From Candidatus Hadarchaeota archaeon (GTDB lineage: Archaea > Hadarchaeota > Hadarchaeia > Hadarchaeales > Hadarchaeaceae): a DNA stretch of 32,000 nt. Positions 1 to 8,606 of this stretch are shown here, piece by piece. The stretch's first letter is position 1. Each line of letters opens with the position of its first letter. Made by a program: the position numbers and the translations under genes. The notes under the pieces were generated by a model, which saw only the letters and a list, made by a program, of their open reading frames with translations, was not told where the DNA came from and did not search any database. The stretch is from assembly GCA_964514965.1 (NCBI GenBank), contig CAZETV010000001.1, forward strand, positions 998,739 to 1,030,738, read 5' to 3'.

Positions 1-147
1 CCTGAGATAAAAGATAACGCGGCGTCAAGTTGTGCTTGATAGTAGTCAAGTGGTTGAATCTAGTCATTTTTTGAGTTGTAGTTCTAAGTTTGAAATATCT
101 CAAATTTTGAAGAAATCCTTAAATAGACTGGTGCTTTAGCTAGAGGG

Positions 148-380
148 TGGCGGGGATAAAAGCCTGCAGAGGAGGCCAAACCGGAGCCTAAGGGCAACGG
201 GGAGCCGCGTAAAAACCCGGGCGAAAAACCGGGGGAGGACGCGGATAAATCCTGTGGAAGAACAGGACAAAGTAACGACTGCGGGAAAAAGATCCTAACG
301 TGAAAAAGCAACGAATGAGTGAAGTGGTCGAGATTCACGAACTCGTTGAAGGAGTAATGGAAGGGTCGAAATCCCCGCCA
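148..380 (+). ncRNA. Candidate structured non-coding RNA (family not identified)
   Basis: TTAAATAG TATA-like box at 119-126, about 25 nt upstream of a perfect 10-bp closing helix TGGCGGGGAT (148-157) / ATCCCCGCCA (371-380), followed by TTTTCTTTT. Internal helices: GCCT 162-165/AGGC 173-176; CCGCGT 205-210/ACGCGG 239-244 enclosing CCCGG 216-220/CCGGG 229-233; TCCTGT 250-255/ACAGGA 262-267; AACGA 310-314/TCGTT 343-347 stacked on GTGAA 319-323/TTCAC 334-338. Confidence 0.75.
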
Positions 381-387
381 TTTTCTT

Positions 388-1581
388 TTAGGGTTTCAAC
401 AAGTAGCGTGAGTACTTTAAGATTTTTTTCAGCTCAAGCAAAGGCAGCAATCGCGGTGCGTTGACTAGGAGGGCTCGTAGAAGTTTTTCATGGCAATCGA
501 AGTCAAAGTGTTTGAGCACCAAAGCTCGCACGTCTTCTTTCTTCAGAAGCTCGAATATTAAATTTAGATCCTCATCGGTCATTCGTTCAAAAACCTTGCG
601 TGCACGAATTCCCAACTCAAACTCACGACCAAACCTCTTCATCACAGCTTGTTCATACGCGCGAAGCTTCTTGGAGTTGGGTTCGCTTTTGAGGGCATCT
701 GTCGCGACTTCGGCTGCAAGTTTGGCACAAGAAAGCCCGACATAGATGCCGCCTCCCGTAAGTGGCTTGACATGACCTGCGGCGTCTCCCACCAGCATCA
801 CGCGGTCAGTGCAGATTTTCCTCGTCATAGGTTGGGGGATTAGTCCAGTGAAGAAGTTGAGGGTTTTATCGGGTTGAATTTTGGTGGATACTATTGGGCA
901 GTTTTTTACAAAAGAGAGGAGCTTCTCGATGGCATTGCCTTGGGAGGTGCCGAGCCCCACGCGGCAGAGGTTGCCAGCAGGGGTCAACCAAGCAAAGAAA
1001 CCCGGCGCAAAAGAGTTGCCGAAGCAAAGCTCGGCGGTGTCGGATCGGACGCTCGCAAAGGTTTCGAGCTGAGCGCATTTGAGGTAGCGTGAAGTTTTCA
1101 GCAAACCTGCCTCCCGCGCGACAATCGAAGCTGGGCCGTCCGCACCAATTACTAAACGTGCCTTGATTTCAGTTTCGCACGCGCCCTTGAGCTTCACCAC
1201 AGGCTCGCGCCCGAGTTTGAGTCCCGCGCACCTCGTCTTTAGGAGCAGAGTGGCTCCAGCTTTCACGGCTTTCCTCGCTAGTTCCCGGTCGAAAGCAGCA
1301 CGATCGATCACGAATGCCTCCACATTGCCGCGACTTATCTCGATAGGCTCGTTAGATGGAGGATAAAAAATGGCGCGACGAAGCTTCCCGAGCACCCATT
1401 TCCCCAAATTAATTTTCAACTCTCGGAGACCACCTGTCCCGACTATACCAGCGCAGCAAGCGGGATTTCCGACTTCGCCGTGTTCTTCCACAATTACAAC
1501 TTTCAACCCACGTTTGGCAAGCGCCTCACCGACAAAACATCCCGCAGGACCTCCGCCAACCACAGCAATATCTGCCCACAA
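388..1581 (-). CDS. FAD-dependent oxidoreductase, geranylgeranyl reductase family
   Basis: N-terminal Rossmann GGGPAG; archaeal GGR-like GNPACCAGIV; GDAAGHVKPLTGGGIYVGL motif. Confidence 0.88.
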   Translation of the reverse strand: MWADIAVVGGGPAGCFVGEALAKRGLKVVIVEEHGEVGNPACCAGIVGTGGLRELKINLGKWVLGKLRRAIFYPPSNEPIEISRGNVEAFVIDRAAFDRELARKAVKAGATLLLKTRCAGLKLGREPVVKLKGACETEIKARLVIGADGPASIVAREAGLLKTSRYLKCAQLETFASVRSDTAELCFGNSFAPGFFAWLTPAGNLCRVGLGTSQGNAIEKLLSFVKNCPIVSTKIQPDKTLNFFTGLIPQPMTRKICTDRVMLVGDAAGHVKPLTGGGIYVGLSCAKLAAEVATDALKSEPNSKKLRAYEQAVMKRFGREFELGIRARKVFERMTDEDLNLIFELLKKEDVRALVLKHFDFDCHEKLLRALLVNAPRLLPLLELKKILKYSRYLLKP

Positions 1582-1636
1582 CCCAGCACCTTACAACTTT
1601 TTTAAGTCACAATAGATAACCCTAACGAGTGGTTGA

Positions 1637-2161
1637 ATGCTCGATGTGCTAGCGTACGTGCTCTTCGGCCTGTTTGTCCTGATGGCGCCAGGCTTCCTAT
1701 TCACGCTCGTGCTCTACCCACGTAAGGAGAGCTTCGATTTCTGGCAGCGCATGGGAGCTAGCTTGGGCTTGGGTGTGATCGTGCTCATCTATCTCGGTTT
1801 TGTGCTCGCTCAGCCAGGCTTGAAAATGCTCGCCTTGGCGCCATTCGTGCTAGCAGTATTTGGCGTGTGCCTGCTTTTTGCGCTCATAGCATATTGGCGT
1901 GGAGGCTTGGATGTGCTCATAATTTATGAACGTGCATTAATGCGAAAGATAAGTAAACTGAGACGGCCCAAGCCTAAGCCAGTTCCATCCGAGGAAAAAC
2001 CAACCCTACCTGAGCTACCGCCCCAGCCAAAAGAGCCGCCGACTCCGCCTGAGGAGAAACCAGCTCCTCCAACCGAAGAGCGGCCAGCCCCATCTGAAGA
2101 GCAACCAAATCAACCGCCTCAATCCTCCGGAGGGAAGCGAGAAAGTGGCGAAAGTGTTTAA
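1637..2161 (+). CDS. Membrane protein with N-terminal TM segments (DUF1616-like PGF...LYP motif) and a proline/glutamate-rich C-terminal tail
   Basis: Two or three hydrophobic segments, then PPQPKEPPTPPEEKPAPPTEERPAPSEEQ; overlaps pth2 start. Confidence 0.6.
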   Translation: MLDVLAYVLFGLFVLMAPGFLFTLVLYPRKESFDFWQRMGASLGLGVIVLIYLGFVLAQPGLKMLALAPFVLAVFGVCLLFALIAYWRGGLDVLIIYERALMRKISKLRRPKPKPVPSEEKPTLPELPPQPKEPPTPPEEKPAPPTEERPAPSEEQPNQPPQSSGGKRESGESV

Positions 2162-2510
2162 GTGCAAGCAAGTCATCGTCGTTCGAGCCGACCTTAAAAT
2201 GAGCCCGGGAAAGCTTGCGACACAGGTTGCGCATGGAGCGGTTGCCGCTTTTGAACGTGTGCGCAAAGAGCACCGTGAATGGGCAGAAGTTTGGTTGAAC
2301 GAGGGGCAGAAAAAAGTGGTGGTCAAAGTGGCGGGCGAGCAAGAGTTATTAAAACTACAAAAGCGCGCGGAGGAACTTGGCGTTTCCGCTGAGCTGATTC
2401 AAGATGCCGGATTGACCGAGTTGCCCCCAAGTACGACGACGGTGCTCGCAATTGGTCCCGCGCTAAACGAGGTTGTGGACCCGCTTACGGGCAATTTGCC
2501 TCTCCTTTAG
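2145..2510 (+). CDS. pth2: Peptidyl-tRNA hydrolase, Pth2 family
   Basis: KQVIVVRADLKMSPGKLATQVAHGAV...ITTVLAIGPA-like C-terminus typical of Pth2. Confidence 0.93.
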   Translation: MAKVFKCKQVIVVRADLKMSPGKLATQVAHGAVAAFERVRKEHREWAEVWLNEGQKKVVVKVAGEQELLKLQKRAEELGVSAELIQDAGLTELPPSTTTVLAIGPALNEVVDPLTGNLPLL

Positions 2511-3503
2511 GTGAAAGAGATGAAGCTAAGCGATGTTGGTGAACGAACGCTGGTCGAGCTTGCCCGCAAAATTTTCAAGCGTGGAGCCCATGTCAGAGTA
2601 GGTATAGGCGATGATGCAGCCGTGCTAGATCTGGATAGTTTCAAGTGTGCGGTTTTGACGACTGATATGCTCGCCGCAAGCAGGCATTTCCCACATGGCA
2701 CCTCACCCGAGCAAATGGGCCGCAAGGCGGTCGTGGTCAACTTGAGTGACCTAGCAGCGATGGGCGCAGAGCCGCTGGGGCTGATTTTTTCGGTGGGTTT
2801 GCCGAGGGGGCTTAAGGTTAAATTTGTCGAGCGACTCGTGCGGAGCATGGATATAGCCGCACGCGAACACGGCACCTACATTGTCGGTGGAGACTTAGAC
2901 GAGACCGAAGAGATAGTCATATCGGGGATGGCTTTAGGCGTGGTTCGCAGGCGGGAATTCTTAACGCGATCCGGAGCGAAAGTTGGCGACATCATCGCGG
3001 TAACCGGCAAACTTGGAGCTGCCGCTGCGGGTTTGAAGCTACTTCTCAAACGGCTCCCGGTCAATAGCTATCGTGCGCTGGTTAGAGCCCAGCTCGAACC
3101 GAGAGCGCGCGTGCGAGAGGGTAGAGCTTTGGTGCGGAGTGGCCTCGTTACATCAGCGATAGATGTGACAGATGGGCTGGCAGCAAATATCTGGCAGCTT
3201 GCAAAGGAGAGCAAGATGAAAATTGTTATTGATCGCGATGATATACCCGAACACCCGCTCGTCAGAAAATTCGCGGTCCAGCATGGTTTCAATGTGGATG
3301 ATTTCGTGCTTGTTGGAGGGGAAGATTTTGAATTGCTCTTCACGGTCCGCCCGCGAGGATGGGAAAAAGTTCGGCTGACGCTCAAGCGCGTGGGCACAAC
3401 GGCAACTAAGATTGGATGTGTAACCAAAGGCAGGGGAGTTTTTATTAGAACTAATGGAAAGACACGAAAGTTGCCAGACCGCGGTTACGAGCATTTCAGA
3501 TGA
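2511..3503 (+). CDS. thiL: Thiamine-monophosphate kinase
   Basis: GIGDDAAVLDL, NLSDLAAMGAEPLG, GGDLDETEEIVISGMALG, VTSAIDVTDGL, VGGEDFELLFT motifs. Confidence 0.92.
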   Translation: MKEMKLSDVGERTLVELARKIFKRGAHVRVGIGDDAAVLDLDSFKCAVLTTDMLAASRHFPHGTSPEQMGRKAVVVNLSDLAAMGAEPLGLIFSVGLPRGLKVKFVERLVRSMDIAAREHGTYIVGGDLDETEEIVISGMALGVVRRREFLTRSGAKVGDIIAVTGKLGAAAAGLKLLLKRLPVNSYRALVRAQLEPRARVREGRALVRSGLVTSAIDVTDGLAANIWQLAKESKMKIVIDRDDIPEHPLVRKFAVQHGFNVDDFVLVGGEDFELLFTVRPRGWEKVRLTLKRVGTTATKIGCVTKGRGVFIRTNGKTRKLPDRGYEHFR

Positions 3504-3598
3504 GTAAGAATATGACACATGATTTGCGAATAAAAATCGGCTGACAGATAAATTAGTAAATCTTTGATTTCCCTTTTGGTCTAGGATAATTCCTCTTT

Positions 3599-4324
3599 TC
3601 ACTCGATTGGCACTAAACGGTACCCGCCTACAGGAGCAGCTATATTCCCTGACCCTGAATATGGGGCCATAATCCCATTTTCGAAATCATATGCTGCGAC
3701 ACCCATTACGCCAATATTTTTCTTCACTAAGCCTAATTTTGCTGGGCAGTAGGTTTTGTCAGGCTCATTCCCCGCGGCTGCTACGACCATGACGCCAGCC
3801 TTTGCGGCATCCTCGGCCGCACGACATATTTTACACTCTCCCTTGCAATCCCATATGCCCCATTTCTTCCAGTACAAGCCGACACTGAGATTGATTATCT
3901 GAGCTCCTTCTTTCACCGCCCATTGGATTCCATTTATCAAATTTTCCTCCGACCCTCTCCCCTCTGAATCCATGACCTTCACGTTAAGAAGACTCACGTC
4001 TGGGGCGGTAGCGAGCAAAATAAGAGCGACCATCGTCCCGTGTCCATTTAGGTCTTCGACCCCTTCTCCGGTAAAGTCTTCAGATTTTTCCGTGCTGCGC
4101 TTAATCCAGGGATGGTCAAGCATGAGCCCTGTGTCAATGACGGCTACTTTCACCCCCGAACCTGTATGTCCATTTTTATGCATTTTTTTGATGCCTTCAA
4201 ATGAGGGATGTTCAGGAAGCATGGGGGCGAAATATTTGCCAGTTGCCGAGTCGTGAAGCAAATTTAAGTAGGCACCTTTTTTACCGGGTATTCCGCCTAA
4301 AATTTCTACTCTTTTTTCGTTCAT
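3599..4324 (-). CDS. Subtilisin-like (S8) serine peptidase, apparently truncated before the catalytic serine
   Basis: VAVIDTG (Asp), GHGTMVA (His), AAAGNEPD (Asn) present; protein ends ...SGSGNIAAPVGGYRLVPIE with no GTSMAxP segment. Confidence 0.75.
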   Translation of the reverse strand: MNEKRVEILGGIPGKKGAYLNLLHDSATGKYFAPMLPEHPSFEGIKKMHKNGHTGSGVKVAVIDTGLMLDHPWIKRSTEKSEDFTGEGVEDLNGHGTMVALILLATAPDVSLLNVKVMDSEGRGSEENLINGIQWAVKEGAQIINLSVGLYWKKWGIWDCKGECKICRAAEDAAKAGVMVVAAAGNEPDKTYCPAKLGLVKKNIGVMGVAAYDFENGIMAPYSGSGNIAAPVGGYRLVPIE

Positions 4325-4333
4325 GCGGTCACC

Positions 4334-4675
4334 CTATGTTGCTGCGACAAGAAGAACGATTGCCACGACGAGTATAACCAGAAATAAAACGGGGATTATC
4401 CTAGCCAATCTCTCTGTTAAGCTGTACTTCTCTCCTTCTTCTAAAACCACTATCCCCTTTGGGAGTCTGAGGGCGATAGTGCTCGCCAGCGCAGCTCCCA
4501 CAACTAAAACAGCGAGCCCGGTTTGAGTGGTTTTTACTTTGATATCGCCTAAGCTACCCTCAAAAACTGTTGACCCCCCAAAACCAAGGATAGCAACTAT
4601 CGCTCCAAAGAGGGATAGAATGATGCCAGTCCATATTAGGGCTGTATAAGTGATAGACACCCTATTTTTCGACAT
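4334..4675 (-). CDS. Small membrane protein (about 3 TM segments)
   Basis: Hydrophobic stretches; directly upstream of and co-oriented with the S8-like ORF. Confidence 0.5.
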   Translation of the reverse strand: MSKNRVSITYTALIWTGIILSLFGAIVAILGFGGSTVFEGSLGDIKVKTTQTGLAVLVVGAALASTIALRLPKGIVVLEEGEKYSLTERLARIIPVLFLVILVVAIVLLVAAT

Positions 4676-4955
4676 TTTTCGTCACCTTTTTTGGGTTATC
4701 CCGTATCGTACTGTTTAAGATAATAATGACGACCCTTGTAACCTTGATTTATCGCTTTCTAAATTCATCAACAGCATTTTTAATCGTCTTTTCAAGTTTG
4801 CTTATCCTCTCAACCTCCTAAATTTCCCCCCACGTTTTTAACGCGCGGGCAACAATTTTTCTGGCATTTTATGAACATATAAGTTTACCCAATATTGTAA
4901 TTTTTGGAAGTAGATATTGGGAGAGTAATCTATATCTCCAGTTTGGGGGAAAATC

Positions 4956-6542
4956 GTGTCCCGCAACCCTCATAACTCTTTCTCACCTTGTGTTTTTGGG
5001 ATTAAGTTGGATATCCAAGCAATCACCGACGGGCTGAGCTTCCAAGAGAAAAAAGTCCTACTTGCTCTTCAAGAACTTGGCGGGAGAGCTGAGATACCAA
5101 ACCTTGCTGGACACGCCGGCCTTGACCAGTCCGCTATAATGCGTGCTGTGCTCGCCCTATCCGAACATGGTCTGGTGGAGGTGCGGGAGAAAAAGTCTTC
5201 GAAAGTCGTAATTCTTCCAGAAGGTCTAGAATACTCTCGCGATGGGTTGCCCGAACGTAGGATGCTCGTGGCTTTGGCCAGCTGCGGCCCGGGAGTCGTC
5301 AACGAGATAGCCGACAGCGCCAACCTGAGGGAGGAACGAACGCAGATTGCGCTCGTGTGGCTCAGGCGCAAGGGCTGGGCGGAATTTACCAAGAAGGATG
5401 AAAAGACCGTGCTAGCCATGACGGAAAGCGGCGGAGAAGCTCTTTCCCAGAAGTTGGCCGACGAAAAGCTGCTCGATTTGCTAGCAGCTCAGGCACGCAA
5501 CTTAGACGAGTTGTCTGTTGATCTGAAAGAACCGCTTTACACTTTGGTGGAGCGGAAGCTGGTTAAAATCGAGGATGAAACATGGCGTGAGCTGGAGCTG
5601 TCCGATCTGGGAAATCAGGTGCTGAAGCTGGGCATCAAACTTGTCGAAGAAGTAAGCGAGCTTAGCCACGAGCTGCTCACTAGCGGGCGCTGGCGAGAGG
5701 TAAAATTCAGGCGTTATGATGTGGTAGCCCCGGTGACCCCTGCCCACCCAGGGAAGGTTCACCCCCAGCAGAGGGTCATCGACGAGCTCCGCGAAATTTT
5801 GCTCGAGATGGGGTTCGTCGAGATTAAAAGTAACATTGTGGAATCGGAGTTTTGGAACTTCGACGCCCTCTTTCAAGCTCAAGATCATCCCGCTCGCGAA
5901 ATCCACGACAGTCTCTCTCTCTCGAAGCCGGAACGGACTAAATTGTCATCGCCCGCGTTGGTCAAACGGGTGGCAGCGGCGCACGAGCGCGGTGTCGCAG
6001 GGTCGACGGGCTGGGGCTACAAATTCAACGCCGAAATCAGCCAAAGGCCAATACTGTGCTCGCAGACTACCGCCGCGACCGTTCGCTACTTGGCTTCACA
6101 CCCGGAGCCGCCAGCCAAGGTATTTTGCATCAACCGCGTGTACCGCAATGAAAAAATCGACTACAAACACCTTGCCGAATTCTACCAAGCCGAAGGGATA
6201 GTGATGAACCCCGGGCTTACGCTGCGTGACATGCTCGGATATCTCAAGCAGATAATGGTCAAGCTCGGGTTCTCGAAAATAAGGTTCAGGCCGGGATATT
6301 TCCCTTACACCGAGCCATCGGCAGAAGCGGAGGTATACTTCCCCGAAAAGCGTGAATGGCTTGAGGTTTTGGGTGCGGGAATGTTCAGGCCTGAGTTACT
6401 CCACCCGCTAGGCGTCAAACATCCCGTCCTCGCGTGGGGGATTGGATTCTCGCGTCTGGCCATGATTCGGCTTGGTGTCGAAGATATTCGAGACCTCTTC
6501 AACAACGATCTCGAATGGCTTCATACGAGGAGGAGGGTATAG
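4956..6542 (+). CDS. pheS: Phenylalanyl-tRNA synthetase alpha subunit, archaeal type with N-terminal winged-helix domains
   Basis: HPAREIHDSLSL, TAATVRYLASHPEPPAKVFCINRVYRNEKID, GMFRPELLHPLGVKHPVLAWGIGFSRLAM. Confidence 0.95.
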   Translation: MSRNPHNSFSPCVFGIKLDIQAITDGLSFQEKKVLLALQELGGRAEIPNLAGHAGLDQSAIMRAVLALSEHGLVEVREKKSSKVVILPEGLEYSRDGLPERRMLVALASCGPGVVNEIADSANLREERTQIALVWLRRKGWAEFTKKDEKTVLAMTESGGEALSQKLADEKLLDLLAAQARNLDELSVDLKEPLYTLVERKLVKIEDETWRELELSDLGNQVLKLGIKLVEEVSELSHELLTSGRWREVKFRRYDVVAPVTPAHPGKVHPQQRVIDELREILLEMGFVEIKSNIVESEFWNFDALFQAQDHPAREIHDSLSLSKPERTKLSSPALVKRVAAAHERGVAGSTGWGYKFNAEISQRPILCSQTTAATVRYLASHPEPPAKVFCINRVYRNEKIDYKHLAEFYQAEGIVMNPGLTLRDMLGYLKQIMVKLGFSKIRFRPGYFPYTEPSAEAEVYFPEKREWLEVLGAGMFRPELLHPLGVKHPVLAWGIGFSRLAMIRLGVEDIRDLFNNDLEWLHTRRRV

Positions 6543-8183
6543 ATGCCGTCTATCACTGTCAGCTACCACGACCTCTGCAAGCTGGTTGGAAAGCGGATTG
6601 AGCCGAATCACCTCTGTGAGCGTTTGGCCATGCTTGGAATAGAGGCCGAAGCTTCTGACGATGAGCTCAAGCTTGAAATTACACACAACCGCCCTGACCT
6701 GCTCAGCCCCGAAGGAGTAGCACGGGCACTTAGGGGCTTTTTAGGCGTGGAGACCGGATTACCCCTTTACAAGCTGAGCGTTTCTGGAGTGAGTGTTGAG
6801 GTTGACCGGAGTGTTGAGGCCATCCGACCCTTTATCGCGGCTGGCGTTGTGGCAAACGTGAAACTGACCGATGAAATCGTGGCCTCGCTTATGCAGGTCC
6901 AAGAGAAGCTTCACGTCTCGCTATGTAGAAATCGGAAGAAGGGCTCGATAGGTGTCTACGACCTCGACACCGTAAAACCGCCCTTGCGTTACACCACCAC
7001 GTTGCCCGACGGCATTCGCTTCGTCCCGCTGGAATTCGCCCGGGAGCTCACGCCAGTTCAGATTCTGCGCGAACACCCTAAGGGTATTGAATATGGTTCA
7101 ATCATGCAAGAGTGGCCCCGCTACCCGTTACTAGTTGACTCCCAAGGTGTGGTGCTTTCCATGCCCCCAATCATCAACAGCGAGTCCACGCGTGTCACGA
7201 GCAACACAAAACGACTCTTCATTGATGTCACTGGCGAGGACGAGCGCGTGGCTAACCAATCCTTAAAGATTTTGATGACAGGACTGGCGGAGCGGGGTTT
7301 TGAGATTCAGTCAGTCGTGGTTAAATATCCGAGCAGGCGCGTTAAAACGCCCGACCTCCGCCCCAGTCGGCACCGCCTGAGTGTGTGCGCCACGAACGAG
7401 TTTACAGGTCTCAACCTAAAACCTAAGGAAATTGCCGATATTGCGGAACGCATGCGTTATGGCGTTGCGGGCATCAAAGGTAAAATCCTGACACTATTGG
7501 CTCCATCCTATCGAGGCGACCTAATGCACGAGGTTGACCTCATCGAAGATATGGCAATAGGCTACGGCTACGACCGGCTCGAGCCCACGCTGCCTAAGGT
7601 GGTAACCACAGGCGAGCGGGCACCAGTAGAGCGACTCAGTGAGCGGGCTAGGCGAGTTTTGACTGGGTTGGGATTCATGGAGGTTATGACTTACACTCTC
7701 ACCAACCAGCACACGAATTTCGAACTCATGCGGGTAGAGGGCGAGGCTGCAGAAATCGCAAATCCGGTGTCAGAGGAGTACACAATCATCAGAAACTCGT
7801 TGCTCCCCTGCTTGCTCTCTGTGCTGCAAGCGAACCGACGCAACCCGTTGCCGCAGCGCGTGTTTGAGGTGGGGGATGTTTTGGTACTTGACGAACAGGC
7901 TGAAACTAGTGCTAGAGACGTACGCCGTGCCGCAGCAATGGTAATCGGCGAGGAAGCAGGGTTCACCTATCTCAAAGCCGTTGCGGAGGCCTTGCTCCGC
8001 GAGTTAGGCATTTTCTATGAGGTCCGTCCCATCGAGCACTCCAGCTTCTTGGAAGGTCGAGTGGCTGAGTTTGTCTCCGACGGTAAAAGCTTGGGGGTTG
8101 TTGGCGAGATACATCCAGAAGTCATCCTAGGATTCGAGCTCGAGCATCCGGTCGCGGCGTTTGAGCTTGATCTAAAAAAGTAA
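6543..8183 (+). CDS. pheT: Phenylalanyl-tRNA synthetase beta subunit
   Basis: EITHNRPDLLSPEGVARALRGF, IAIGYGYDRLEP-like MAIGYGYDRLEPTLP, GEVGVVGEIHPEV; immediately downstream of pheS. Confidence 0.95.
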   Translation: MPSITVSYHDLCKLVGKRIEPNHLCERLAMLGIEAEASDDELKLEITHNRPDLLSPEGVARALRGFLGVETGLPLYKLSVSGVSVEVDRSVEAIRPFIAAGVVANVKLTDEIVASLMQVQEKLHVSLCRNRKKGSIGVYDLDTVKPPLRYTTTLPDGIRFVPLEFARELTPVQILREHPKGIEYGSIMQEWPRYPLLVDSQGVVLSMPPIINSESTRVTSNTKRLFIDVTGEDERVANQSLKILMTGLAERGFEIQSVVVKYPSRRVKTPDLRPSRHRLSVCATNEFTGLNLKPKEIADIAERMRYGVAGIKGKILTLLAPSYRGDLMHEVDLIEDMAIGYGYDRLEPTLPKVVTTGERAPVERLSERARRVLTGLGFMEVMTYTLTNQHTNFELMRVEGEAAEIANPVSEEYTIIRNSLLPCLLSVLQANRRNPLPQRVFEVGDVLVLDEQAETSARDVRRAAAMVIGEEAGFTYLKAVAEALLRELGIFYEVRPIEHSSFLEGRVAEFVSDGKSLGVVGEIHPEVILGFELEHPVAAFELDLKK

Positions 8184-8234
8184 GGCTTTTACTCCACGAA
8201 AAACCAACTTAAACTGCGATGAAGGAATAAACCC

Positions 8235-8512
8235 GTGGTAATCGAGAGCTGGCGTGATTTATGAGCGTCGGTGCATCACTGCGGGAACACTGGAGCAATC
8301 CGTCGGCAATCGTGCCAAAAATTGGGTCCTCGTCCGAGCGATTGGCGGGAACACCTAGTGATGATTTCGAGACAACCCTGGTGCGGAACACGGCGGGCGG
8401 CCCCCGAGAAAATCCGCCATCGAGGGTTAGCGGGTGAAGGACGTCTAAAAGACAGCCCATGAAGCCCGCTGTTAGTTGTGTCGGAGACATTGGGGGCCAA
8501 TTTCGTTTTTCT
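8235..8512 (+). ncRNA. Candidate structured non-coding RNA or long structured leader (family not identified)
   Basis: CTTAAACT TATA-like element at 8208-8215; helices GTGAT 8254-8258/ATCAC 8275-8279, CAATC 8296-8300/GATTG 8340-8344 plus TCGG 8303-8306/CCGA 8334-8337, GGCGG 8392-8396/CCGCC 8414-8418 within AACCCT 8374-8379/AGGGTT 8423-8428, AGCGGG 8429-8434/CCCGCT 8465-8470; T-run at about 8505-8509. Confidence 0.45.
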
Positions 8513-8606
8513 GTTCATATTTGTAAGGCGAAAAAGAATATTCGCAAAATCCGAAGATAAGCTTAAATTTACTGAAATTCGGTTAACTTTGGGGGTGAGC
8601 GGGTAA

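Noticed and set aside
84-338. 84-aa minus-strand ORF
   Set aside because: Lies across the candidate structured RNA; composition (LSASSPGFSPGFLRGSPL) fits antisense reading of GC-rich helices, with no recognisable domain.
148-380. RNase P RNA or SRP RNA assignment for the first structured RNA
   Set aside because: The conserved GAGGAAAGUC, ACAGAA...GGCUUA and SRP helix-8 GGAAG/GCAG blocks were not found on either strand. The RNA is left unassigned rather than named.
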